NCBI GenBank assembly: GCA_963797555.1 | Contig: CAWCPV010000010.1 | Coordinates: 64,001-128,000 of the forward strand | DNA length: 64,000 nucleotides | Reading direction: 5' to 3' | From: an uncultured Gammaproteobacteria bacterium | GTDB taxonomy: Bacteria; Pseudomonadota; Gammaproteobacteria; CAWCPV01 | Shown here: one piece after another, positions 42,839 through 53,760 of the stretch | How positions within the stretch are numbered: position 1 is the stretch's first letter | How the letters are laid out: each line of letters opens with the position of its first letter | Notes under the pieces: generated by a model | What the model saw: the letters and a program-made list of their open reading frames with translations, nothing else | Told to the model about the DNA's origin: nothing | Database searches by the model: none | Translations under genes and position numbers: made by a program

Positions 42839-45328
42839 ATGACGGGGCTGGCCCTGGGGCTGCGGTTGCTGAGCCGAGGATGGCGAGCCGGGGAGATTTA
42901 CTTGCTGGCCGCCGCCTCCGTGGTGGCTGTCGCATCGGTCACCTCGGTGGGCCTGTTGACCGACCGCGTCGGGCAGGCTCTGTTGCGGCAAGGGGGAGAT
43001 CTGCTCGGGGCGGACCTGCGAGTTGTGTCCGGTCAGCCTCTGACCGAGGCCGCTCGGAAGCTGGCTCAGACGCTGGGGCTGGAGGTCGCCGATAGCGTCG
43101 GCTTCGTCAGCATGGTGCAGGCCGGCGAGCGCATGCAGCTCACCGCCGTGAAGGCGGTGAGCAGGGGCTATCCGCTGCGCGGTGAGCTTCGAATCTCCGA
43201 GGATGCGTCGTCCTCGGGCGCGCCGACACGCGCCGTCCCATCACCCGGCGAGGCGTGGATCGAGCCCCGCCTGGCCGACACCTTGGCGATACGGGTGGGC
43301 GGTTCGGTCGTGGTGGGGATGTCCCATCTCAAAGTCAGCAGACTGCTGATGCGCGAGCCCGACCGCGGCGGGGACGCGTTCAGCATCGCCCCCAGGTTGC
43401 TCATGAACCTGACGGACCTGCCTGCAACGGGGCTGATTCAGCCGGGCAGCCGTGCGCATTACGATCTGTTGGTGGCCGGCAGCGCCGCGGCGGTCCAGAG
43501 GTACCGGGACCGGGCGCCCGCGATACTGCCCCCGGGGGAGCGGCTGCAGGGGGTCGAGGAGGCCCGGCCCGAGCTTCGGGCCGCGCTCAATCGCGGGAGC
43601 CGTTTTCTCGGGCTTGCAGCCCTCTGCGCGGTGCTGCTGGCGGGCGCGGCAATCGCCATGGGCGCGCGCCGTTTCAGCATGCGTCAGACCGACGACGCGG
43701 CCGTCATGCGTTGTCTGGGGGCGTCGCAGGGACTGCTTACCCGCGTCTACCTGACGCAGGTGCTGTTTCTGGGCGTGGTGGCGGCCACAGCCGGCGCCAT
43801 CCTGGGCATGCTCGCCGAGCGAGGACTCGCGGCGCTCCTGTCGGACTTGGTCCCGCGCGACCTGCCGGCGGCCTCTTGGCGCCCCGTGGCGGCTGGGCTG
43901 GGCAGCGGCCTCCTCACCCTGCTGGGATTTGCGTTGCCGCCCGTGCTGCGCCTCAAAGAAACGCCCACGCTGCGAGTGTTGCGGCGCGAGCTGGATCCGC
44001 CCACACCGTCCGCTTGGGTCAGCTACGGCGCGGCGCTGGGTGCCATCGCCGTGCTGGTGTGGTGGCAGGCGGGGGACGCGACACTGGCCGCGTATGTCCT
44101 GGCGGGCACCGCGGGCGCCCTTGCCGTTTCCGGCGCCGCCGCGTGGAGTCTCGCTGCCGGGCTGGGCAGACTCAGCCAGATGCGGGGGGCGACGTGGTCG
44201 CTCGGCGTCGCCAATCTTCGCCGCCGCACTGGCGCGACGGTGGCCCAGGTGGTGGCGCTGGGGGTCGGCATCATGGCCTTGCTAGTGCTTTCGCTGGTGC
44301 GCATCGATCTGCTGAAGAGCTGGCAGGACAGCCTGCCGCCGGATGCGCCCAACCGGTTCCTGATCAACGTCCAGCCGGACCAGGTCGGCGCGCTGCAGCG
44401 GTTCTTCCGGGAGTATGCGCTGCCGACACCGGCCTTTTTTCCGATGGTGCGCGGGCGGCTGACGGCCGTCAACGGGCGGCCGGTGGCTTCGAGCGCTTAC
44501 CAAGATGAGCGCGCGAAGCGCCTGGTGGACCGGGAGTTCAACCTTTCATGGGCAGACCGACCCGTTCCGGGCAACCGGGTGACCGCTGGCCGCTGGTGGT
44601 CCGCGGCTGAGCGGGGTGCATCCCTGTTTTCCGTCGAGCAGGGCATCGCACAGACTCTGGGGATCCACCTGGGGGACCGCCTGCGCTACCAGGTGGCCGG
44701 CACCGACCTGACCGGCGTCGTGTTGAGTCTGCGGGAGGTGGACTGGGACTCTTTCCGGGTGAACTTCTTCGTGCTGGCGCCTCCAGGTCTGTTGGACGAC
44801 TTCCCCAAGACCTATGTGACCAGCTTCCACCTCCCAGAGCGACGCGGGTCGGCGCTGAGCGCGATGGTCCGAGTGTTCCCCAACGTCACCGTGATCGATG
44901 TGGGCGCCATCTTGGATGAGGTGCGGGCGGTCCTCGGACGGGTGACCGAGGCGCTGGAGTACGTCTTCTTGTTCACCGTCATGTGTGGGCTGTTGGTGAT
45001 GTACGCGGCGATCCAGAGCAGCCACGACGAGCGTCGGCTGGAGAGCGCGCTGGTGCGTGCATTGGGAGGTACCCGACGCCGTTTGGTCACGGCATGGATG
45101 GCGGAGTTCGCCACTCTCGGCGCTCTCGCCGGGACCGTGGCCGCGTGCGGAGCGAGTGCAGTCGCTTATGCGGTAGCCCAACGGGTGCTGGGACTCCCTT
45201 ACCATTTCAATGCCCTGCTCTGGGTGGCGGGGCCGCTGGGGGGCGCGGCGGCGGTCAGCCTCGCTGGGCTCCTGGGCCTTGGCGGGCTGTTGAGGCGTCC
45301 CCCGCTGGAGACGTTGCGCGCTGTGTGA
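42839..45328 (+). CDS. YbbP-like ABC transporter permease (duplicated FtsX/MacB-type halves)
   Basis: LLGADL, KAVSRGYPLRG, LIQPGSR, PNRFLINVQPDQ, REFNLSW, VDWDSFRVNFF. Confidence 0.88.
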   Translation: MTGLALGLRLLSRGWRAGEIYLLAAASVVAVASVTSVGLLTDRVGQALLRQGGDLLGADLRVVSGQPLTEAARKLAQTLGLEVADSVGFVSMVQAGERMQLTAVKAVSRGYPLRGELRISEDASSSGAPTRAVPSPGEAWIEPRLADTLAIRVGGSVVVGMSHLKVSRLLMREPDRGGDAFSIAPRLLMNLTDLPATGLIQPGSRAHYDLLVAGSAAAVQRYRDRAPAILPPGERLQGVEEARPELRAALNRGSRFLGLAALCAVLLAGAAIAMGARRFSMRQTDDAAVMRCLGASQGLLTRVYLTQVLFLGVVAATAGAILGMLAERGLAALLSDLVPRDLPAASWRPVAAGLGSGLLTLLGFALPPVLRLKETPTLRVLRRELDPPTPSAWVSYGAALGAIAVLVWWQAGDATLAAYVLAGTAGALAVSGAAAWSLAAGLGRLSQMRGATWSLGVANLRRRTGATVAQVVALGVGIMALLVLSLVRIDLLKSWQDSLPPDAPNRFLINVQPDQVGALQRFFREYALPTPAFFPMVRGRLTAVNGRPVASSAYQDERAKRLVDREFNLSWADRPVPGNRVTAGRWWSAAERGASLFSVEQGIAQTLGIHLGDRLRYQVAGTDLTGVVLSLREVDWDSFRVNFFVLAPPGLLDDFPKTYVTSFHLPERRGSALSAMVRVFPNVTVIDVGAILDEVRAVLGRVTEALEYVFLFTVMCGLLVMYAAIQSSHDERRLESALVRALGGTRRRLVTAWMAEFATLGALAGTVAACGASAVAYAVAQRVLGLPYHFNALLWVAGPLGGAAAVSLAGLLGLGGLLRRPPLETLRAV

Positions 45329-45365
45329 CGGGGGCCGTGAGTCCCCCGGCGGGCTGCGCCGCAGC

Positions 45366-45390
45366 TATCTTGACTCAAACACTAGGTTTT
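45366..45390 (+). promoter_or_regulatory. Putative IscR (Rrf2) type-1-like site upstream of nadA
   Basis: TATCTTGACTCAAACACTAGGTTTT matches 17 of 25 positions of ATASYYGACTRwwwYAGTCRRSTAT; AT-rich island in GC-rich DNA. Confidence 0.5.
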
Positions 45391-45439
45391 TGGTCAAATA
45401 ACCGGCTATGTACCACGCAAGCCGTTAAGAGGATACAGC

Positions 45440-46540
45440 GTGCCAGCCGGTGCATTGGCGATCCAGCAGTTCAGCACCCTGGAAGACGACGAGTGCGATG
45501 AGCGCATCCGCGCCGCCAAGGAGCGGCTTGGCGACGGGGTGGTCATACTGGGACACCACTACCAGCGGGAAGAGGTGTTCCGCCATGCCGATTACAGCGG
45601 CGACTCGCTGAAACTGTCTCGCGTCGCAGCCGCTTCAGGGGCGGCTCACATCGTTTTCTGCGGCGTGCACTTCATGGCCGAGGTCGCCGACATCCTGTCC
45701 CGGGCGGACCAGATCGCTATCCTGCCGGACATGGCGGCCGGCTGCTCCATGGCGGACATGGCCAGCCTGGCGAAGGTCGAGCGCGCCTGGCGCGGCCTCT
45801 CCGCGATCCTCGACCCGGACAGCGCGATCACTCCGGTGACCTACATCAATTCGGCCGCCGACCTGAAGGCGTTCTGTGGCCGACACGGCGGAATAGTCTG
45901 CACCTCGTCCAACGCGCGGCAGGTCCTGGAGTGGTCTCTCGGCCGCCGGGAGAAGGTATTGTTCTTCCCGGACCAACACCTGGGCCGCAACACCGGGCAT
46001 GCCATGGGTATCCCGGTGGAGGAGATGGTGGTCTGGGACTTCGACCGACCCCTCGGGGGTCTCACGCCGGAGCAAGTCCGGGCCGCCAGGCTGATCCTGT
46101 GGAAGGGTTTCTGCTCGGTGCACCAGATGTTCCGCCCCGAGCACATCGACCGGTTCCTGGAACGCTTCCCGGACGCCAACGTGATCGCCCATCCCGAGTG
46201 CGCCTTTGAGGTGTGCCAGAAATCGCGCTTCGTCGGCTCCACCGAGTACATCATCAACACCGTTGCGGAGGCAGAGCCCGGAACTCGATGGCTGGTCGGC
46301 ACCGAGCTCAACTTGGTGAACCGCCTCGCCAACCAATTCCGAGGCGAGGGCAAGTCGATCCATTTCATGTCTCCGATGGTGTGCATGTGCTCGACCATGT
46401 TCCGCATCGACCCGCAGCATCTGGCATGGACGTTGGAGAATCTGGTACAGGGCCGGGTGGTCAATCGGGTGCGGGTGCCTGAGGAGGATGCGGGGCTCGC
46501 ACGGCTCGCCCTGGAACGCATGCTGCAGGTGTCCCCATGA
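45440..46540 (+). CDS. nadA: Quinolinate synthase
   Basis: ILGHHYQ, GDSL, FCGVHFMAE, GCSMAD, CSVH, AHPEC, GST, CSTM. Confidence 0.95.
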   Translation: MPAGALAIQQFSTLEDDECDERIRAAKERLGDGVVILGHHYQREEVFRHADYSGDSLKLSRVAAASGAAHIVFCGVHFMAEVADILSRADQIAILPDMAAGCSMADMASLAKVERAWRGLSAILDPDSAITPVTYINSAADLKAFCGRHGGIVCTSSNARQVLEWSLGRREKVLFFPDQHLGRNTGHAMGIPVEEMVVWDFDRPLGGLTPEQVRAARLILWKGFCSVHQMFRPEHIDRFLERFPDANVIAHPECAFEVCQKSRFVGSTEYIINTVAEAEPGTRWLVGTELNLVNRLANQFRGEGKSIHFMSPMVCMCSTMFRIDPQHLAWTLENLVQGRVVNRVRVPEEDAGLARLALERMLQVSP

Positions 46541-46671
46541 CTGCGGTCGTTGGTCTGGCAGCCTAGCTAGACCGTCTGCCCAGAGGTTTTACCCCTCGCC
46601 TGCGACCCGCGAGGCGAGATCGGGGCCGCTGCAGGCGCTCCGACGATGAACCATGGGGTAGAATACGCCCC

Positions 46672-49600
46672 ATGACAACGGGCTTCGTCCATCTCCGTCT
46701 CCACACCGAGTACTCCCTCCAGGACGGGCTGATCCGCGTCAAACCCCTGGTCCAGGCGGTTGCTGCCGCCGGCATGCCGGCCTGCGCGGTGACCGATCAC
46801 TGCAACCTGTTCGCCATGGTCAAGTTCTACCGAGCCGCCGAGGCGGCCGGCATCAAGCCCGTGGTCGGCGTCGATCTGCAGGTCGGCAACGAGGCAGATC
46901 CCTTGCGGCCGTCCCGTATTGCGCTCCTGTGCCAGGGCGAGACCGGGTACCGACACCTGAGCGAGCTGGTGACCCGCTGCTTCACGAGCGGCCAGCACCG
47001 TGGGCATCCGCTGCTATGCAAGGACTGGCTCGAGGGCAAGTCGGACGGGTTGATTGCCCTCTCCGGTGGGCGCGCGGGGGACATTGGGCAAGCGCTTCTC
47101 GCTGGACGCAAGGGGCAGGCACGCGGCTTGCTGGAGGGCTGGCTGCGGCTGTTCCAGGATCGGTTCTACCTCGAGCTTCAGCGCACCGGCCGGGAGGCGG
47201 AGGAGGAGTATCTGCATCTCGCTCTCGATCTGGCGCTGGAGCTGGGGGTGCCGGTGGTGGCCACCAACGACGCCCATTTCCTCCGCCGCGAGGACTTCGA
47301 GGCCCACGAGGCACGGGTATGCATCCAGGAGGGGCGCGCGCTGACTGACCCGCGACGCCCCCGCCGCTTCAGCGACCAGCAGTACCTGAAGACCCCCGCA
47401 GAGATGTGGGAGCTGTTCTCGGACGTCCCGGAGGCCCTCGAAAACACTATCGAGATCGCCCGACGCTGCAATCTAGAACTCACGCTCGGTAAGAACTTCC
47501 TGCCTAGCTTTCCCATCCCCGCAGGGGCGGCCCCGGAGCAGTACTTGCGGTCGCAGGCGGAGGCCGGACTGGAAGGCCGTCTGGCCCGGATGGCTCCGCC
47601 CGAGGCGGGCGACGCGGACGAGCGCCGCAGGCCCTATCGGGAACGCCTGACGCGGGAGCTCGAGGTGATCGCGGCGATGGGCTTCCCGGGCTATTTCCTG
47701 ATCGTGGCCGACTTCATCCAATGGGCGCGGAACAACGGGGTGCCCGTCGGGCCGGGGCGCGGGTCTGGCGCCGGATCGTTGGTCGCCTATGCCCTGGGGA
47801 TCACCGACCTCGACCCGCTTGCCTACGACCTGCTGTTCGAGCGCTTTCTGAACCCCGAGCGGGTGTCGCTGCCGGACTTCGACGTGGACTTCTGCATGGA
47901 AGGCCGCGACCGCGTGATCGACTACGTGGCCGAACGCTATGGACGCGACCGCGTAGCCCAGATCATCACTCACGGGAGCATGGCGGCGCGCGCGGTGGTG
48001 CGGGATGTGGGGCGGACCCTGGGCTATGCCTACGGGTTCGTCGACCGCGTGGCGAAGCTCATCCCCTTCGAGATCGGCATGACTCTGGACAAGGCATTGG
48101 AGCAGGAAGACGAGCTCCGTCGCCGTTACGAGCAGGAGGACGAGGTGCGCGCCCTCATCGACCTCGGCCGGGCACTGGAGGGCTTGGCGCGCAACGCCGG
48201 AAGGCATGCCGGGGGAGTGGTGATCGCCCCGTCGAGCCTCATCGACTTCATGCCGCTGTATTGCGAGCAGGGAGGGGACGGCGCGGTCACGCAGTTGGAT
48301 AAGGACGATGTGGAGGCGCTCGGGCTGGTCAAGTTCGACTTCCTGGGGCTGCGTACCCTGACCATCATCGATTGGGCGCTCGGCACGGTGAACCGCCAGC
48401 GTGCCGTCAGCGGGGAGCCGCCGCTGGACGTTAGCGCACTGCCCAGCGACGACGCTGCCGCCTTCGACCTCCTCAAGCGCTGTGCAACCACTGCCGTGTT
48501 CCAGCTCGAGTCGCGGGGCATGAAGGACCTGATAAGACGGCTCCAGCCGGACCGGTTCGAGGACATTGTGGCGCTGGTGGCGCTGTTCCGGCCGGGTCCC
48601 CTGCAGTCGGGTATGGTGGACGACTTCATCGACCGCAAGCATGGCCGCGCCCGGGTGGATTATCCACATCCCGCCCTGGAGCCCATTCTGGAGCCAACGT
48701 ATGGCGTCATCCTGTACCAGGAGCAGGTCATGCAGATCGCCCAGGTGTTGGCCGGATACACCCTGGGCGGGGCCGACCTGCTGCGCCGCGCCATGGGCAA
48801 GAAGAAGCCCGAGGAGATGGCGCGGCAGCGCAGCGTCTTCATGACCGGAGCGCGGGAGCGCGGAGTGGACGAGGCGGTCGCCCAGCACATTTTCGATCTC
48901 ATGGAGAAGTTCGCCGGGTACGGCTTCAACAAGTCTCACTCCGCGGCCTATGCGTTGCTCGCCTACCAGACGGCTTGGCTCAAGGCCCACTATCCGGCGG
49001 CCTTCATGGCGGCGGTCCTCTCCTCGGACATGGACAACACCGACAAGGTGGTACTGCTCATGGAGGAGTGCCGGGCGATGGGTCTCAAGGTCCTGCCGCC
49101 CGACATCAATACCAGCGCCTATCGCTTCACCGTGCGGGATGCCGCGACCATCCTGTACGGACTGGGTGCCATCAAGGGCGTTGGCGCGGCCGCGCTGGAG
49201 GGGATCGTGGCCGAGCGCGACGAGGCCGGGCCGTACCAAGAGCTGTTCTCGCTGTGCCGGCGCATCGACCACCGCAAGGTGAACCGTCGTGTGCTGGAGG
49301 CACTGATACGCGCCGGCGCCCTGGACGCCTTGGGGCCAAGCCGCGCCTCGCTCATGGCCACCCTGCCAGTCGCGCTGCAGACGGCGGAGCAACACTTGCG
49401 TGACCGGTTCGCGGGGCAGACCGATCTGTTCGGCGGCGTGGCGGCGCCGGCAGCCTCGTACCACGAGGGCCATACATTCGTCGCCGCTCTCGAATGGGAT
49501 GAAGGAGAGCGTCTGGCTGCGGAGAAGGAGACCCTCGGCCTCTATCTGACGGGCCATCCCATCGTGCGCTACGAGGCGGAGCTGGCGCAGTTCACCACGG

Positions 49601-50139
49601 CCCGACTCGCGGACCTTCGTTCCGACGGGCAGCAGACCGTCGTGGTGGCGGGTCTCGTGGTGGGCATGCGCACGATGAGTGCCCGGCGCGGCGGACGCAT
49701 GGCCTTCGTGGTGCTCGATGACCGTACCGCGCGCCTCGAGGTCAGCGTGTTCCCGGAGGTGTTTCAGCGACACCGGGACCTGCTGTTGAAGGACAAGCTG
49801 CTGGTGGTGGAGGGTACCGTCACTACCGACGAATACACGGGCGGCTATCGCATGACCGCCGATCGGCTGTATCACGTGGACCAGGCCCGGGAGGCGTATG
49901 CCAAACAGCTATTTATCGTCCTCGACGGCCGCCGCGCCCTGAACGGGTTCACCCAGAAGCTCGGGCAGACCCTGGCACCATTCCGCGAGGGTGCATGCCC
50001 GGTGTGCGTCGAATATCGCAATCAGCTTGCCGTGGCCCGACTGGTCCTGGGTGCCGCCTGGCGCGTCCGGCCTACCGACGAGCTATTGCGCAGATTGGGC
50101 GAGCTGGCTGACGCGGCGCAGGTGCGGGTTGTTTACTAG
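46672..50139 (+). CDS. dnaE: DNA polymerase III alpha subunit
   Basis: PHP domain ([12 protein letters not shown]), [37 protein letters not shown] fold. Confidence 0.97.
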   Translation: MTTGFVHLRLHTEYSLQDGLIRVKPLVQAVAAAGMPACAVTDHCNLFAMVKFYRAAEAAGIKPVVGVDLQVGNEADPLRPSRIALLCQGETGYRHLSELVTRCFTSGQHRGHPLLCKDWLEGKSDGLIALSGGRAGDIGQALLAGRKGQARGLLEGWLRLFQDRFYLELQRTGREAEEEYLHLALDLALELGVPVVATNDAHFLRREDFEAHEARVCIQEGRALTDPRRPRRFSDQQYLKTPAEMWELFSDVPEALENTIEIARRCNLELTLGKNFLPSFPIPAGAAPEQYLRSQAEAGLEGRLARMAPPEAGDADERRRPYRERLTRELEVIAAMGFPGYFLIVADFIQWARNNGVPVGPGRGSGAGSLVAYALGITDLDPLAYDLLFERFLNPERVSLPDFDVDFCMEGRDRVIDYVAERYGRDRVAQIITHGSMAARAVVRDVGRTLGYAYGFVDRVAKLIPFEIGMTLDKALEQEDELRRRYEQEDEVRALIDLGRALEGLARNAGRHAGGVVIAPSSLIDFMPLYCEQGGDGAVTQLDKDDVEALGLVKFDFLGLRTLTIIDWALGTVNRQRAVSGEPPLDVSALPSDDAAAFDLLKRCATTAVFQLESRGMKDLIRRLQPDRFEDIVALVALFRPGPLQSGMVDDFIDRKHGRARVDYPHPALEPILEPTYGVILYQEQVMQIAQVLAGYTLGGADLLRRAMGKKKPEEMARQRSVFMTGARERGVDEAVAQHIFDLMEKFAGYGFNKSHSAAYALLAYQTAWLKAHYPAAFMAAVLSSDMDNTDKVVLLMEECRAMGLKVLPPDINTSAYRFTVRDAATILYGLGAIKGVGAAALEGIVAERDEAGPYQELFSLCRRIDHRKVNRRVLEALIRAGALDALGPSRASLMATLPVALQTAEQHLRDRFAGQTDLFGGVAAPAASYHEGHTFVAALEWDEGERLAAEKETLGLYLTGHPIVRYEAELAQFTTARLADLRSDGQQTVVVAGLVVGMRTMSARRGGRMAFVVLDDRTARLEVSVFPEVFQRHRDLLLKDKLLVVEGTVTTDEYTGGYRMTADRLYHVDQAREAYAKQLFIVLDGRRALNGFTQKLGQTLAPFREGACPVCVEYRNQLAVARLVLGAAWRVRPTDELLRRLGELADAAQVRVVY

Positions 50140-50207
50140 CTTCGACGGTTGCCTGCACCGCAGTCGTACTCAGATCGCCAACTGCAAGGTCCCAAGAGTC
50201 CACTGAC

Positions 50208-51180
50208 ATGAACCTCAACTTCCTTGATTTCGAGCAGCCCATTGCCGAGCTCCAAGCCAAGATCGAGGATCTGCGTTACATGGGCAGCGGCAGCGAGCTG
50301 AATATCAGCGAAGAGATCGCGCGCCTCGAAGCGAAGTGCGAGGATCTCACTCAGTCCATCTTCGGGTCGCTTACCGCCTGGCAGGTGGCGCAGCTCGCTA
50401 GGCATCCGCAGCGGCCCTACATGCTCGACTACGTGAAACGCATCTTCGCGGACTTCGAGGAACTCCACGGCGACCGCGTATTCGCCGACGACCAGGCCAT
50501 CGTCGGGGGGGTGGGACGGCTGGAGGGTGAGCCTGTCATGCTGATCGGACACCAGAAAGGTCGCGACACCAGGGAGAAGCTGCAGCGCAACTTCGGGATG
50601 CCCCGTCCGGAAGGTTATCGGAAAGCACAGCGGCTGATGGAGATGGCCGAGCGCTTCCGGCTTCCGATACTCACCTTCATCGACACGCCCGGCGCCTATC
50701 CGGGGATCGATGCGGAGGAGCGGGGCCAGAGCGAGGCCATCGCGCGCAATCTCATGGTGATGTCCCAGCTCAAGGTCCCCATCGTGTGCACGGTGATCGG
50801 CGAGGGCGGCTCAGGGGGAGCGTTGGCCATCGGCGTGGGGGACAGGATGCTGATGCTGGATTACAGCACCTACTCGGTGATCTCGCCCGAAGGGTGCGCC
50901 TCCATCCTGTGGAAAAGCGCGGAGAAGGCCGCGGACGCCGCCGAGGCGATGGGTATTACGTCGGCCCGGCTCAAGGAGCTGGGCCTCATCGACCAGATCG
51001 TGAGAGAGCCGCTGGGGGGTGCCCACCGTGACCTCGACGCGATGGCCGACCAGCTCAAGATCTGCCTGGTGGAGACTCTCGACGAGCCTCCGGCAACTGA
51101 GCACGGAGGCGTTGGTCCAGGCACGCTTCGATCGTCTGATGAAGTATGGCGTCTTCGAGGTGAAGCCCGAGGCCGCCTGA
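50208..51180 (+). CDS. accA: Acetyl-CoA carboxylase carboxyltransferase alpha; one extra base near 51087
   Basis: [32 protein letters not shown] shifted frame gives [21 protein letters not shown]...stop at 51180 (about 323 aa). Confidence 0.95.
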
Positions 51181-51272
51181 GCCGCAAGCCATACTCTCGC
51201 CGCTCATACCCGCCCGTAGCTCCGGTGGTCGCTCCGGCACCGGTCTCTTGCCCAGCAACCTCGCGATAGGCC

Positions 51273-52619
51273 ATGGGATTCCTAGCCGAGAGCCTCCTTC
51301 CAGTGCTGCGGGAGCCGCCCGCCGCGCGCCGCTGCTGGGTGGCGTACAGCGGCGGCGTGGATTCTACGGTCCTGCTCCACGCACTGGCACAGATGAGACC
51401 GCAACTGCCGGGCACGGAGCTGGTTGCGGTCCATGTGGACCACGGGCTGCAGCCCGACTCGGCCGATTGGGCGAGTCACTGCGTCGGCGTGTGCCGGGCG
51501 CTGGGTGTCCCTTGCCACACGCTGCGGGTGCAGGCGAAGGCGCTGCGCGGACAGAGCCCGGAGGCGGCGGCCAGGGAGGCGCGGTACCGCGCGCTGGCGG
51601 ATCTGCTGGGCGAGGATCAGATGCTGTGCACCGCGCACCACCAGGATGACCAGGCGGAGACGCTGCTGCTGCAGCTTCTGCGCGGCGCAGGACCCGCGGG
51701 ACTGTCCGGTATGGCGCAGCGCAGGCGGTTTGGACGCGGGTGGCTGATTCGCCCACTTCTGGCGTTCACACGTACGGAGCTACGGGACTTCGCGCGAGCG
51801 CGCGGGCTGACGTGGGTGGAGGATACGACGAACTCGACGACCACCCCGGACCGGAACTACCTCCGGCACGAAGTGATGCCGGTGCTGCGGGCACGCTGGC
51901 CGGGTCTGTCCCGGGTCCTGGCCCGCTCCGCCAAACATTGTGCGGAATGCACACTGCTGGGGGATCGGCTGGCGGAAAGCGACTTGGCCGCGGTGGCGGC
52001 GGCATCCCCGGGGACGCTGGCGGCGGATCGTCTGTTGGCCTTGGATGCCGCACGCCAGCGAAATGTGCTGCGCTTCTGGCTGCGTGCGCAGGGACTGCCG
52101 ATGCCCCCGGCGGCGCGGCTGGAGAGCCTGCGCACCGACCTCCTGTCGGCCCGCGCAGACCGAAACCCCGTGGCGCGGTGGACCGGCGCGGAGGTGCGCC
52201 GTTACCAGGGTTGTCTCCATGCCATGGAACCGTTGCCGCCCCATGACCGCGCACAGACACTCGGGTGGGATCTGGAGCGGCCGCTGGCGCTTCCTCACGG
52301 CACGTTGAGCATCACGATGGTACAGGGGGGTGGCCTTGCTGCAGCGCTCCGTGGTCGGGAGCCGGTCACCGTGCGTTTCCGGTGCGGCGGTGAACGGTGC
52401 AGGCCCGCCGGCCGTCGCCACGCCTGGGACCTGAAACGTCTCCTGCAGGAGAGTGGCATCCCGCCCTGGGAACGCGACCGGATACCGCTGGTATACCTGG
52501 GCCGTGCCCTCGCGGCTGTGGGCGATCTGTGGGTATGCGAGCCCTTTGCTGCACGGGCTTCCGAACAGGGGCTGGTCCTGTCGTGGCGTCCACGAAACAG
52601 GTCCAGGGAGCTGCGGTGA
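51273..52619 (+). CDS. tilS: tRNA(Ile)-lysidine synthetase
   Basis: AYSGGVDS, HVDHGLQ, AHHQDDQAET, RPLL, DRNYLRH, IPPWER. Confidence 0.95.
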   Translation: MGFLAESLLPVLREPPAARRCWVAYSGGVDSTVLLHALAQMRPQLPGTELVAVHVDHGLQPDSADWASHCVGVCRALGVPCHTLRVQAKALRGQSPEAAAREARYRALADLLGEDQMLCTAHHQDDQAETLLLQLLRGAGPAGLSGMAQRRRFGRGWLIRPLLAFTRTELRDFARARGLTWVEDTTNSTTTPDRNYLRHEVMPVLRARWPGLSRVLARSAKHCAECTLLGDRLAESDLAAVAAASPGTLAADRLLALDAARQRNVLRFWLRAQGLPMPPAARLESLRTDLLSARADRNPVARWTGAEVRRYQGCLHAMEPLPPHDRAQTLGWDLERPLALPHGTLSITMVQGGGLAAALRGREPVTVRFRCGGERCRPAGRRHAWDLKRLLQESGIPPWERDRIPLVYLGRALAAVGDLWVCEPFAARASEQGLVLSWRPRNRSRELR

Positions 52620-52701
52620 CGCGCGGCACGCCGGAAGCGCCGCTTGACTGGCGGTCGCCGCGACGGCACATCGGTTGCCAACCCGCGCCCCCCGCGGGAG
52701 C

Positions 52702-53113
52702 CTATTCGGCCTCTTTAGCGCCCTTTCCGGATACCTCGGACTGCAGCGAGTCCAGCCGTTTGTCCATCTGTTGGAGCAGCGCCTCCAGGGTGGCCATACG
52801 CTCCTCGATCTGGCTCATTTGAGCGGGAGGGCCGGGCATTTGCCTCATCCCGCGGCCATGCATCATCATCTGCGGCCGGGCCATCATGGGCCCGGGCACC
52901 ATCCTGCCCATGGCTCGCCCGCAAGGGGCTCGACCTCGGCCGGGGGTCGCAGCTGCGGCGGGACCCTCGGACTGTGCGGTCGGCGTTTGCGGGGCTGCTG
53001 CGGTCTCCGCCGCTGGCTCCGCCTGCGGGGCGGCAGCTTCTGCCGCTTGAGAGAATGGGCACCGCTCCTGGCCAGGCGAGGGAAACGCCTATAATCAAGC
53101 TCGCAAGCTTCAT
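52702..53113 (-). CDS. Secreted Ala/Pro-rich, Met-rich protein with a C-terminal coiled coil (about 136 aa); one extra base near 53048
   Basis: AGGAG RBS and MKLASLIIGVSLA signal. Removing one A joins ILS-AAEAAAPQ...MGRMVPGPMMARPQMMMHGRGMRQM...QIEERMATLEALLQQMDKRL. Confidence 0.7.
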
Positions 53114-53387
53114 CGCAATCTCCTGGTTTGGGTTTGGAGGGGTGCAGCCGACCCGAGGGCCACGACGAGATCCGCGCTCGCCTCGGGGCACGACTGGCCC
53201 TGACGACACGGTTTGCACGTGGGGCTGCCACGCACTATATGCACCAACCGCGGCACAAGATCAAGGCTGCTTCTCGGCGCGTTCCGGGGAGGCTATTCCG
53301 CAGTGGGCGGCCGCCCGAGGAGGCGAGCGTGAGGATCGGCTCGCAACGGGGAGCAGTTACGACGCAACGCTCCGAGGCTGGAGCGAA

Positions 53388-53678
53388 ATGAGTAGCCGGC
53401 GACCTGTCACGGCGCTGCTGATGGCCCTGCTGGGCACGCGGGCACTGGCGGGGGAAATCCCGTTCAGCGCTTACAAGTTCCTCGATCCGGAAATGGACGA
53501 GGCGGAGGTGTTGCTGCGGGTCGGGCCGCCGGACCATGCAGACGTTCTGGAGAACGTATTCGGGGCCAACTCGGGCGAGAAGTGGTCGTATATCCCGGAT
53601 CGGCCCCACGGGTGGCTCACCATCATTTGGCTGGATGCGTTCGGCCGGGTGCTGCACATCGAGCGGACCGGGCCCTGA
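53388..53678 (+). CDS. Small secreted protein, possibly BamE/SmpA-like fold
   Basis: GGAG RBS, signal ending ALA, MDEAEVLLRVGPPD...WSY...GRVLHIER pattern. Confidence 0.7.
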   Translation: MSSRRPVTALLMALLGTRALAGEIPFSAYKFLDPEMDEAEVLLRVGPPDHADVLENVFGANSGEKWSYIPDRPHGWLTIIWLDAFGRVLHIERTGP

Positions 53679-53760
53679 GCACCTGTCGCCCATCCGTGTC
53701 CGGCTGCCAGGGCGGTCGCCAGGGCGCCTCGGGGCTGCCGAAGGAATCCGAAAGACCAAC

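Noticed and set aside
47473-49875. 800-aa antisense ORF, plus similar long shadow ORFs (36065-38152, 28903-30825, 16383-17771, 43255-44508, 56113-57339)
   Set aside because: They overlap well-supported genes and have no motifs. Stop-codon scarcity in high-GC DNA explains them.
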